NCBI GenBank assembly: GCA_009930475.1
Contig: RZYC01000002.1
Span: 1,121 to 65,120, forward strand
Length of the DNA: 64,000 bases
From: Spartobacteria bacterium
Lineage (GTDB): Bacteria; Verrucomicrobiota; Kiritimatiellia; RZYC01
Direction: 5' to 3'
Position 1 is the first letter of the stretch. The number at the start of each line of letters is the position of its first letter. The position numbers and the translations under genes were made by a program. The notes below the pieces were generated by a model. That model was not told the origin of the DNA and searched no databases. It saw only the letters and a list, made by a program, of their open reading frames with translations. This document shows positions 1 through 8,954 of this stretch, one piece after another.

Positions 1-1737
1 ACCCAGGGTGCTCATGGTTCCAAAGAGAGCAATCCCGAAGACCGCACCGATCCCTAAGTAGGTGGTATTAAAAGCCTCCTCAAAGATAGAATATTCCCCC
101 ATGGTGGACGTGAACATAATACAGGCATTTTCCGCCTGCAATTTCCACATCTGTTCGGCAAAGGGATAGACTGCTGACGGGACTTCATTCAGTCCCCAGA
201 TAAAGTTCATAAAGAAGATCGATGCGATCAGAATAATGGGGAACAGCACCACCTGGGTTTTCCAGATACTGGTAAACTTGGTACCGGTCAGTTCGCACTG
301 CTTATAAAACACCACCATCTGGCCGTAATTCGCCATAGGGATGGGCAGGAACCAGCATTTCACCCCGGTATACCCACTGAGGATCAGCGATGCCTCCCGA
401 ATAAAGGGAATTTCCACCACCTGTCCGACCATGCCTTCCAGCCGTGTGGTCACATAACTGAGAATAGGCGTATAGACAAATCCAAGTAAAATCAGCACCA
501 CCATGATGCCCTTATGCCAGTCGATAAGCCAGCCCGACACCAGAATATAGGTAATGGTGACGAGGAAATAGACAAAGACCACAAACCAGGTATTGATATC
601 GCCGCGATCCTTTTTGACATCCATGGGATTCTTCGACCGTTTCTTCGTCGATTTATCCCGATTGCGGAAACTCTGATAGACCTGCCAGAAACCGGCCACG
701 GCCACGGCCACGGCAATCCCTATCTGGAAACTGAAGTAGAAATCGATGTTATTCTTATAGAGCGTAGAGATCGTTCCGTCGCCGGGCGTCCAGTGTTGCA
801 GGATACCGTAATGATAGAGCGTCGGATTCAGCACCATGGTCACGATCAGTCCAACAAAACTGCCCACCATAGCATAGAACGGCAGCACCATACCGAAGAT
901 GATATTCCCGAAATCCCAGGACATCCCTGTGGCCACGGCGCTCAGGTAATCGCCGGTGGTCTGAGTCCAGTCGGAGAACGGAATAGGCAGCACCTGGATG
1001 GTTTCTCCGGTCAGTGCGCCGGACAATGTAGGCAATAGCAGGTAGATAAAGCCGAAGCCCAATCCAATGGCTCCTCCAATGGAAAACACACGCCAGCGCC
1101 AGCGGCCCTCCTCATTTTCAATGGATTTCTCATCGGCATCTTCCGCCAGCGCACAGACACCCTGTGCACCCACTGGGGCCATGGGGAACGGCAGGCGTTC
1201 CACATCATTGGCGACACGAAACAAACCGTATCCCAGAACCGTACTGGCCAACTGACCAAAAAAGGTTCCAAAAATCATCATACCGATGACCGGCAGCCAG
1301 TCGGCATGGAAGAACGTGCGATCACCATAGGACGCCGAATCGGCGGCAGGGGCAAACCAGACCGGCAGCTGATCGGCAATACCGTGGGCAATAGCCGCAT
1401 CACTGCGTGCAAAGAACTGATTCCATATTAATCCGCCGAAAGGCGACCCCATTGCGGCGGCGGCCATAAAGAACAGCACAAAAATCTCGGGTCGTTTCAG
1501 GTTTTTGTGAGCCCGCTTGGCCACCTCAATAAAGAGAATCACCGTCACCCACTGCGAGGCGGCACCAATATTATCCACACCGGCCAGCAGTCCCATATAA
1601 ATGGCGCCCGGCACCATCAGCAGCGCGATAAACAGCGCCCCGACCAATGCCGTCCAGTTAAAGCCATCCTCGAACGTATCGGGGACTTCCATGACCTGCC
1701 GAAACTCTTCCAGTTCTTTATCTACTCTCGTTGCCAT
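1..1737 (-). CDS. Large polytopic membrane protein, family unknown. Partial: the C-terminus runs off the window start; at least 579 aa are visible.
   Basis: The ATG is the complement of 1735-1737 and translates MATRVDKELEEF... The frame is open to nt 1 and is not in the ORF track because there is no stop. Many hydrophobic helices and Gly/Pro-rich loops. The plus-strand ORF 514-1038 is antisense to it and is rejected. Confidence 0.55.
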   Translation of the reverse strand, partial: MATRVDKELEEFRQVMEVPDTFEDGFNWTALVGALFIALLMVPGAIYMGLLAGVDNIGAASQWVTVILFIEVAKRAHKNLKRPEIFVLFFMAAAAMGSPFGGLIWNQFFARSDAAIAHGIADQLPVWFAPAADSASYGDRTFFHADWLPVIGMMIFGTFFGQLASTVLGYGLFRVANDVERLPFPMAPVGAQGVCALAEDADEKSIENEEGRWRWRVFSIGGAIGLGFGFIYLLLPTLSGALTGETIQVLPIPFSDWTQTTGDYLSAVATGMSWDFGNIIFGMVLPFYAMVGSFVGLIVTMVLNPTLYHYGILQHWTPGDGTISTLYKNNIDFYFSFQIGIAVAVAVAGFWQVYQSFRNRDKSTKKRSKNPMDVKKDRGDINTWFVVFVYFLVTITYILVSGWLIDWHKGIMVVLILLGFVYTPILSYVTTRLEGMVGQVVEIPFIREASLILSGYTGVKCWFLPIPMANYGQMVVFYKQCELTGTKFTSIWKTQVVLFPIILIASIFFMNFIWGLNEVPSAVYPFAEQMWKLQAENACIMFTSTMGEYSIFEEAFNTTYLGIGAVFGIALFGTMSTLG

Positions 1738-1761
1738 ATATGCGCTCTCGTGTTGCGAAAT

Positions 1762-4700
1762 TTATTTAGATACTTTCGTCGACTTCAAATGGACCAGTGT
1801 TTCTGAACGATAATGCTCCATGGTTGCCTGCGGCAAGGAACGCCACAGCAGGAACTGCTGACGCAGATCATTCAACAACACCCGATTCAAACGTGCCCAG
1901 TCTTTCGGCTGGCCGGAAAGTCGTACAATGCGGATATTCACCTCATCGATACCCTCGATTTCGCTCTTAGCTGAGCGCAGGGCAAATTCCTGCGTGACAC
2001 CCAGATCGAAGGGAGCCAGAGCCAGCGTGGCCGACATGCCCAAGGCTCCATCCTTATAGACATCAATTTTTGCATTCTTCGACATAAACGATCCCAGTCC
2101 TGTATCGCTGAACTGGTCAAAATGCTCCTTCAGGAAACTCACCACACCGGTCAGGTCATAGGCCGACACCGTGAACGGGAAAATCAGATCAAACTCATCA
2201 TTATCCGGTTTCGGCAGTTTCCAGGAACGCAGGAGGCCGGGATTGGCACTTTTCGAGGCCTTGATAGCGGGATAAATGGCCGAAATCATAACCGTACCCA
2301 TGACAATCAGGATGGTGACAATCGCATTGGTGGAAGAATAATTCATTTCCGGCAGCTGCATCAGACCGTAGTTTGCCGCAATGCTCATCACCTTCATAGA
2401 TCCCTGAGCAATCAGATAGCCGCCCAGACCGCCCAACACACTGTACACCAGTGCTTCGGAGAAAAACAAACTGGCCACATGCGGGGGAGCGAGTCCCAGC
2501 GCACTGAAGGTGTAAATTTCTTTTTCACGGTCAGCCACAGAGCCCAGCATGGTGCCAAAAATCACCAGCCCGCCCAACAGAATCGGAAAAAATAAATCGG
2601 CGATACCACTGGCGGCAACAATCGTTCCCTGAATGTGGCGATACACCCCGTCGCGGCGCGTCCCCACAATGGGCGTTTTATCCATCATGCGCGCCATATC
2701 TTCGGCTATCGTGGTCGACTGCTGTGAATCTTCGGTATAAAGCGTAATAATATGAGGTTTTCCGCCCAAGCGACGCGCATTGCGCTCAGAGGTAATCACA
2801 ATCGAGTCAATGGGAAGGCTGGCCCAGGAACCCTGATCCGCCATGATATCATCCATGGATGACGTATCGCTCGATCCCGACTGCTTCATCTGCGCAAAAT
2901 CCACAGGAAGAATACTGCTTCCATCCATATCACGGGCGGCCGACAGCGATGAGGCACTCACAAATTCACCCACGCGCAACCGCAATCCCTTAAGAATCAC
3001 TTCCGCCCCCGGCTGCACATCCAGCAGATCCCCTACCGCATCGGTCATAAAGACCATGTCCTCGACATCTTCGGGATTTTCCAGCTTCAGCAGTTCCCGC
3101 AAATCTTCACGCTGCGAGAGTTCCGCTGCGGATAACCCGAGAATACCCTTCAAAATTACCGGATGAGTCGCATCGGAATGCGCCACTGCAAAATCCGGAT
3201 CAGAAGGAAATTCCGGACAGAGCCAGTAGCGATAAGACACCACGGAATCATCACTCCAGCGACCATTGATAATATCCAGAAAATCAGGATTAAAGGAGGT
3301 CCAGTTAGGCTGATGCAGTTCCACGCCCGTATAGGCGGGTGCCGGTGCGGTAAAGAGCTTCACAATCCCCTTCTGCGTATCAAAAGACGCAAAACCCAGA
3401 ATGGTAAAGGTCAGCAAAATAATCGTGACAGCCGTCAGCGCGGTACGCAATGGACGGCGGCGCATGGTGGAAATGCCCATATTCATGGCAGCAATCATCG
3501 TATTAATACGCGAAATATCCGACGCATGCACGGAAGTCGACATCCCCTGCATGGCTTTCAGTTCAAACTCGAACTTCTGCATAATAATCACGATCACCAG
3601 CACCGATAATACAACGATGGCGAATCCCAAGAAAATAATCACCGGCGTCTTGGCAATGGCAAAGGCCGGATGGGACATATACAGCACGAGGAACGTCAGG
3701 ACAAAGAAGAAGGTAAACCAGGCCACCTGTTTGTAAATCATGGTCGATCCCACCAGCAACCGTTCCAGTGCAAAGGCAAAAGGGACGCACAGTGCCAGCA
3801 GTACCAGCACCGCCTTCACCAGGTCATCCATGCTCGTGCGGATAATTTCATAGACCGGCTCCGACGACATATAGGCTGCACTGGACAGGGCTTCGGCGCG
3901 TACCGCATTATCGATGGTGGAGGCTTCCTCGATCATATCCTTCACACGGCCATGAGCCGCTTCCAGCGAACTGTTCATGATATCTCTGTCGCGCAGAATA
4001 TTCATGCGGCGTTCATTCAGCCGCCATAAATCACCGGCGGACCGCCTGGCATTGAGCAGCGAAAGCCAGTCGGTGGTCACCGGATAGCCTACGCCGTAAT
4101 TATCGTCCCTGCTCGTACCCACACTGGCCGGATCATTCACCAGCGCAACAATGGATCGCAAAGCAAAGGCTTTATAGCCCTTAATGGTGGAATCGGCGTA
4201 CCAATAGACCAATCCGTCCGTGGTTTCACAATAAGAACGTTCCGAACTTCCATCGGACAAAATGGCATTGGAGCGGGCATCCAGCAACTTCGCAGGTTTT
4301 GGCCAATATCCCGGAGGAAGCATCAGCACACCGCTTTCGCAGGGAAAGGTATTCAGCCGTTTCATCGCCGTGCTACGCGTGGTCATATCCGAGGCCATAG
4401 CCACCTGACCCCGCTCATCCAGTTTTGCGGCAAAGCCCACGGGTTTGGGATATTCCGATGGCAGGGCACCGGCCTCATAGGCGCCATTCTGATCGGTCAG
4501 CAAGACCCAGTAGGGTTCAAAAGCATAGGGCTTGGTATGATACCAGAAACAGGCATTCCAAGGCGTCCGCAAGCTGAGCTGCACAACAGCTCCGGCCTGA
4601 GCCGTATTGGGAATGGAGCTGCCGCGCTGGCGACCCATAACAATAGCACCGGTGGTACGCCCATTATCAAATCCCGGTACAATATACGTGGCATCCACGG

Positions 4701-6561
4701 GCATGGAGCGGCGCAGGGAAAGGCCTTCCTGATCGGCGATGGCCTCGGGTTCCGTCAGCTTCGAATCCTGACTGCCCACGGCAGTGAGAATGTGACCGAT
4801 TTCGTCCACATTGTTTTCCATCATGGTCAAATCATACTGATCTACGCGATCATCGGGCGTGCCTTCCAGCTCCAGCCGTTCAAAGACCGTACCCAGCACG
4901 ACATTATAAATGCCGTACCGTCCCGCCACTTCCCCGCCATGAATGAGATAGGGAGAAGCCCAGAGCAGACGGGGATTTCTAACCTTGCCGTCGATGGACG
5001 AAATTTCAAAATGTTCAGGACGCCCGCCCGTTTTTTCCAGCGACTGATAGGCCCGCATAAAACTGGACTGAACCTTCCCGTATAAGCCGGGACGATCCCG
5101 CTCGGCGTGCATTTCCGAATCGCCACCCACAATCAGACCCCAGCGATCGGTGCTCTGTCCCAGCATCAACGTGGAATGCAACGTAATCCACTTGTCTTTC
5201 ATCAGCATCTGCAGCGCTTCTGAACCGGCAAGAACAGCACTCAGCTGTGTCAGTTCCTTTTTACGGGCGGCCACGCTGTCGCGCAGCATCGACATGATAG
5301 CAAGAAAGTTAGGATCCTTCAGATTCTTAACATCTTTTCTACCCAGCTGTTTGCGCAGGGCATTCCACGCCTGATACTCCTTATCCAGATCGGCCACCCG
5401 TTTGGTTGCCACGGAACGGTCGCCATCTTTGGGAATAACAGCAAGGGCTTTTCTGGCATCGGCTAAATCGGCACGCACGGCATAGGACAAATCCTGAGCA
5501 TAATTACGTAAACGAAAAAGTAAATCACGCCCTTCGTCGCTGATGGTATCATCCAGCGGATTGGCCTCATTCATTTGCGCTTCTAATTTAGCAATGAAGG
5601 CGTCCTCTTCCTTGGCGGCCTTCAGACGATCGGCAATGGTTGCGCGGTTACCCTCGCCGTCCAGTGCCCAATAAAAATTAATGGTGCCGGAAAAATTGCG
5701 GGCTTCTCCGTCAAAAAAGGCAATGAGGATATGACGACGGGGACGGTTTTCCTTGATATATTCCGCCAGTTTCAGCAGACCCGCGCAATTGATCGCGGCC
5801 CGCCCGCCCGGCGATCGACGCGGCACTTCACCAAAGGAGTCATAGGGCGCGGCCAGAATAATCACCTCTTCTTTTTCTAAGTCAAAAACCGGATCGGTGC
5901 CCTTGAAAAAGGCCAGCACATTATGACCTGTCTCGCGTTTCCATTGAATGGCGCTCCTGATGGTGACCTGTGTCCCGTCAGGCAGTGCATCGCGGGAGCC
6001 GTCATAATAAAACCGGGGGAGATTGGCGTTGGCGCGGACATAATGGAAATTGCTGGCATCGGCCTTTTCACTTGAGACAAATACAACCGCTTTGGCACCC
6101 AGACGAAAGGCCCGCTGCCAATGGGTTCCGGCATTGTACTCCATAACCGCAATTTTATCGTGGGGATTGGCATTCTTAAAATCAGCATCGGTGCCATGCC
6201 CCACGTAGATCAGTTCGCCGGTCACACCTGCTTCATCTGTTACCGGAGGAATGACTACATTGGGACGCATGGGCACCAAATTGATTTTCTGGCCGTCCGG
6301 TAGCAGCATTTCGCATTCGATGACCTGGGTCTGTGCCACCGAAAAATCCTGGGTCAACAGCTCATCAGGAGCCATTTCCTCCAGACGTTTCGTAATGTAC
6401 GCGGCCGCCGCACTTCCATTCGCTGTACCAACAAGGCGATGGGGATATTTCCCGATTTCCCGGCTGTCCCGCTCAAAATCGGCCGTGACTCCATAAGACA
6501 GGGAGCATAACACCGAGGCGAGAAATGCTGTCACGCACCATTTTAAATACCGTCCATTCAT
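1762..6561 (-). CDS. Giant (1,599 aa) double-FtsX/MacB-type ABC permease with an N-terminal signal peptide, a PA domain, a catalytically degenerate M28 peptidase-like ectodomain, a coiled-coil region and a C-terminal cytoplasmic domain
   Basis: FtsX-like TM blocks: MRRRPLRTALTAVTIILLTF..., and a C-terminal ...GTMLGSVADREKEIYTFSALGLAPPHVASLFFSEALVYSVLGGLGGYLIA. N-terminal PA-like segment: KIAVMEYNAGTHWQRAFRLGAKAVVFV. M28-like motifs have their metal ligands replaced: PYDS for HxDS, GGRAAINCAG for GAxDDxSG, FFDGEAR for FxxEE. Confidence 0.6.
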   Translation of the reverse strand: MNGRYLKWCVTAFLASVLCSLSYGVTADFERDSREIGKYPHRLVGTANGSAAAAYITKRLEEMAPDELLTQDFSVAQTQVIECEMLLPDGQKINLVPMRPNVVIPPVTDEAGVTGELIYVGHGTDADFKNANPHDKIAVMEYNAGTHWQRAFRLGAKAVVFVSSEKADASNFHYVRANANLPRFYYDGSRDALPDGTQVTIRSAIQWKRETGHNVLAFFKGTDPVFDLEKEEVIILAAPYDSFGEVPRRSPGGRAAINCAGLLKLAEYIKENRPRRHILIAFFDGEARNFSGTINFYWALDGEGNRATIADRLKAAKEEDAFIAKLEAQMNEANPLDDTISDEGRDLLFRLRNYAQDLSYAVRADLADARKALAVIPKDGDRSVATKRVADLDKEYQAWNALRKQLGRKDVKNLKDPNFLAIMSMLRDSVAARKKELTQLSAVLAGSEALQMLMKDKWITLHSTLMLGQSTDRWGLIVGGDSEMHAERDRPGLYGKVQSSFMRAYQSLEKTGGRPEHFEISSIDGKVRNPRLLWASPYLIHGGEVAGRYGIYNVVLGTVFERLELEGTPDDRVDQYDLTMMENNVDEIGHILTAVGSQDSKLTEPEAIADQEGLSLRRSMPVDATYIVPGFDNGRTTGAIVMGRQRGSSIPNTAQAGAVVQLSLRTPWNACFWYHTKPYAFEPYWVLLTDQNGAYEAGALPSEYPKPVGFAAKLDERGQVAMASDMTTRSTAMKRLNTFPCESGVLMLPPGYWPKPAKLLDARSNAILSDGSSERSYCETTDGLVYWYADSTIKGYKAFALRSIVALVNDPASVGTSRDDNYGVGYPVTTDWLSLLNARRSAGDLWRLNERRMNILRDRDIMNSSLEAAHGRVKDMIEEASTIDNAVRAEALSSAAYMSSEPVYEIIRTSMDDLVKAVLVLLALCVPFAFALERLLVGSTMIYKQVAWFTFFFVLTFLVLYMSHPAFAIAKTPVIIFLGFAIVVLSVLVIVIIMQKFEFELKAMQGMSTSVHASDISRINTMIAAMNMGISTMRRRPLRTALTAVTIILLTFTILGFASFDTQKGIVKLFTAPAPAYTGVELHQPNWTSFNPDFLDIINGRWSDDSVVSYRYWLCPEFPSDPDFAVAHSDATHPVILKGILGLSAAELSQREDLRELLKLENPEDVEDMVFMTDAVGDLLDVQPGAEVILKGLRLRVGEFVSASSLSAARDMDGSSILPVDFAQMKQSGSSDTSSMDDIMADQGSWASLPIDSIVITSERNARRLGGKPHIITLYTEDSQQSTTIAEDMARMMDKTPIVGTRRDGVYRHIQGTIVAASGIADLFFPILLGGLVIFGTMLGSVADREKEIYTFSALGLAPPHVASLFFSEALVYSVLGGLGGYLIAQGSMKVMSIAANYGLMQLPEMNYSSTNAIVTILIVMGTVMISAIYPAIKASKSANPGLLRSWKLPKPDNDEFDLIFPFTVSAYDLTGVVSFLKEHFDQFSDTGLGSFMSKNAKIDVYKDGALGMSATLALAPFDLGVTQEFALRSAKSEIEGIDEVNIRIVRLSGQPKDWARLNRVLLNDLRQQFLLWRSLPQATMEHYRSETLVHLKSTKVSK

Positions 6562-6576
6562 TCGTTTGCCTTGCTC

Positions 6577-7464
6577 CTATTCAATACTGCCAAGTTCAAC
6601 TTCGACTTCATCGCGTTTTGCGATGCGTTCAATCTGTCCGTCGCGAATCCATAAAAGTCTATCGCACACATTCATCATGCGATGATCATGCGTGGCGCAA
6701 ATGATGGTGACCCCCTTCTCTTTATTCAGCTTCTGGAGAATATCTAGAATCTCCTGCCCCGTATGCTGATCCAGGTTGGCGGTGGGTTCATCACATAATA
6801 AAATGCCGGGCTGATTCGCCAGCGAACGGGCAATGGCCACACGCTGTTGCTGCCCGCCGGACATTTCGATAGGTTTATGAAACCAGCGCTGTTTCAATCC
6901 CACCAGATCCAGTAAATCCATGCCTCTGTTACGCGCCACATCGGGTTCCACACCGCCAAAAGCCATGGGTGTGGTCACATTTTCCAGTGCGGTCATATAT
7001 TGAATCAAATTGTACTGCTGGAAAATATACCCGATTTTCCGGCAACGCAGAAAAGCCAGTTCTTCCGCCGTCAGCTGAGCGACATCCACCTCATCGATAA
7101 AAACGCGGCCTTCACTGGGACTGTCCAGCGCACCAATCATATTAAAGAAGGTGCTTTTACCCGATCCCGACGGACCCATCACCACAATAAATTCTCCGGT
7201 ATAGATTTCCATATCTACCCCGCGCAGCGCATGAGTGACTTCCCCGCCTCGATTATAAATCTTTTTCATCCCGATGGATCGGATGATAACGCGAGAGGAG
7301 GCGCCCGCTGCCGGTTTCGCGTCCTCTGCCTGGGTCAGCGCCTCCGACACCGATTCTTCTTTAACGACAGGCTTTTCGCTGTCGCACTCCCTGTTCGATG
7401 TCATGTCTGCCTTTGCCGGCTTATTTTTTTTCTGAGTCTTTTTATTTTTCGCCATTTGAATCAC
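6577..7464 (-). CDS. ABC transporter ATP-binding protein of the MacB/LolD type, with a roughly 70-aa Lys/Glu-rich N-terminal extension
   Basis: Walker A GPSGSGKST, signature LSGGQQQRVAIARSL, Walker B ILLCDEPTANLD, H-loop ATHD. It lies 8 nt from the upstream FtsX gene. Confidence 0.85.
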   Translation of the reverse strand: MIQMAKNKKTQKKNKPAKADMTSNRECDSEKPVVKEESVSEALTQAEDAKPAAGASSRVIIRSIGMKKIYNRGGEVTHALRGVDMEIYTGEFIVVMGPSGSGKSTFFNMIGALDSPSEGRVFIDEVDVAQLTAEELAFLRCRKIGYIFQQYNLIQYMTALENVTTPMAFGGVEPDVARNRGMDLLDLVGLKQRWFHKPIEMSGGQQQRVAIARSLANQPGILLCDEPTANLDQHTGQEILDILQKLNKEKGVTIICATHDHRMMNVCDRLLWIRDGQIERIAKRDEVEVELGSIE

Positions 7465-7472
7465 CCTGAAAA

Positions 7473-8942
7473 TTATTCGATTCGCATCGCTTCCATCGGA
7501 GCCAGTCGCGCGGCTCTCATGGACGGATACACCGCCGACACCGCCGCCAGAACAATGCCCAGCAGCACAGATATCACACCTGAAATCAATAAGGACTCAA
7601 CCGGAATAGATTGAAACATAAGAGATTTAAATTCAAAGGCCATGCGGGACATCCCGATGATCAGGCCAATTAGCGAACCGAGCAATCCGCCCATAAGACC
7701 CAAAATCGAGGATTCAATAAGAAACACCAGCATGATAAATCCATCCAGTGCACCAAGACACTTGAGCGTAGCAATTTCGCGAAAACGTTCGGTCACCGAC
7801 ATCAGCATGGCGTTGGCAATTCCCACCGCACAAACCAGCATAGAGACAAACAGCAGCCAGCTCATCCGTTTCCCCATACCGAGGAATCCGGTGCCGGAAT
7901 CGGCGGTGGCCAATTCGGCGCGCACCAGCAGCCGCTGCTTTTTGACTCCTTCCGCCAGCGTCACCAAACGTGAGGCGCTCATCTCGGAAATGGTCACACC
8001 GGCGGCCTGCATGGCGTTCATATACCATTGGGCATGCTCTTTGGATAGAAGCAGCTTCCAGATCATTTCCACCTTTACGTCGGCGGGAAGAATGTTTTCT
8101 TTGGCGGCAATATCGCGGCGCAATGAAATATTATTGATGGTATCTTCAATAATGTGACGGTCAATCATCGCCTGCGCCTGCGAGGCCAGTGTGACCGACT
8201 CGGCCTGAGGCAGATAAAAACCCGACTGACGAATCACGTCGCCGAATGCACCGTCCGCCTGCGTTAACGCCGCCAGCATCAATTGTCCGTCCAGCTGACT
8301 CTGCACCTTTTTCAATACCAGCTGCTGGCTCTTGCGGATTTGTTTACAAAACGCATCCAGTGCCGTCCATGACGTCAAATACGGCACCAGCGCCTGAGGA
8401 TCGCCGGGAAATTCAACGGTTTTCAATTTAGCCAGATGGTCGTAAAAAGAGGCGCGATGGGTCTCATCCGCGAGATAATCGAAGATGTAGGAGCCCTCGG
8501 AACGACCTGCCAGCAACCGGCGCTTCCCGTAATCCAGCGCGTCAAAGAAATCGAGATACCCACTGGCCTGCACGGCCAGTTCGTGCATTTCCTGAGGATT
8601 GGCGTCACTACCGCTAAACTGCATCATTTCTGCAAAGACATCGGAATCTGCGGCGTTTTCCGACAAAATTTCTATGATTTCATCGCGTGATTGCGGCACC
8701 GACAGCTTGGCAATCCACTGATCCGACAAATGCATCGCATGAATCTCGTCGCGCGCGGTTTCCGCCACGGCCCGTTTGATCATGCTCTCTGATAAAATAT
8801 TCATCAGGAAAGACATCGCCACGGTGATCACCACCACGGTAACCATAGCACGAAAAAGACGGTATTTGACACCGGCCAGCGCAATGCTCACGGTTCGGCT
8901 AAGACTAAGGATGGGTTGGTCTTTTACATCAATTGTTTTCAT
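7473..8942 (-). CDS. FtsX-like ABC permease (489 aa)
   Basis: C-terminal FtsX block: ...MSVTERFREIATLKCLGALDGFIMLVFLIESSILGLMGGLLGSLIGL... It is adjacent to the ABC ATPase. Confidence 0.75.
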   Translation of the reverse strand: MKTIDVKDQPILSLSRTVSIALAGVKYRLFRAMVTVVVITVAMSFLMNILSESMIKRAVAETARDEIHAMHLSDQWIAKLSVPQSRDEIIEILSENAADSDVFAEMMQFSGSDANPQEMHELAVQASGYLDFFDALDYGKRRLLAGRSEGSYIFDYLADETHRASFYDHLAKLKTVEFPGDPQALVPYLTSWTALDAFCKQIRKSQQLVLKKVQSQLDGQLMLAALTQADGAFGDVIRQSGFYLPQAESVTLASQAQAMIDRHIIEDTINNISLRRDIAAKENILPADVKVEMIWKLLLSKEHAQWYMNAMQAAGVTISEMSASRLVTLAEGVKKQRLLVRAELATADSGTGFLGMGKRMSWLLFVSMLVCAVGIANAMLMSVTERFREIATLKCLGALDGFIMLVFLIESSILGLMGGLLGSLIGLIIGMSRMAFEFKSLMFQSIPVESLLISGVISVLLGIVLAAVSAVYPSMRAARLAPMEAMRIE

Positions 8943-8954
8943 ATCAATAAGCCC

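Noticed and set aside
514-1271. Plus-strand 174-aa ORF and neighbouring small ORFs in the first 1.7 kb
   Set aside because: The minus strand carries an uninterrupted membrane-protein frame of at least 579 codons with a start at 1737 that continues off the window. The plus-strand ORFs are antisense shadows with unusual composition (His/Gly/Arg-rich).
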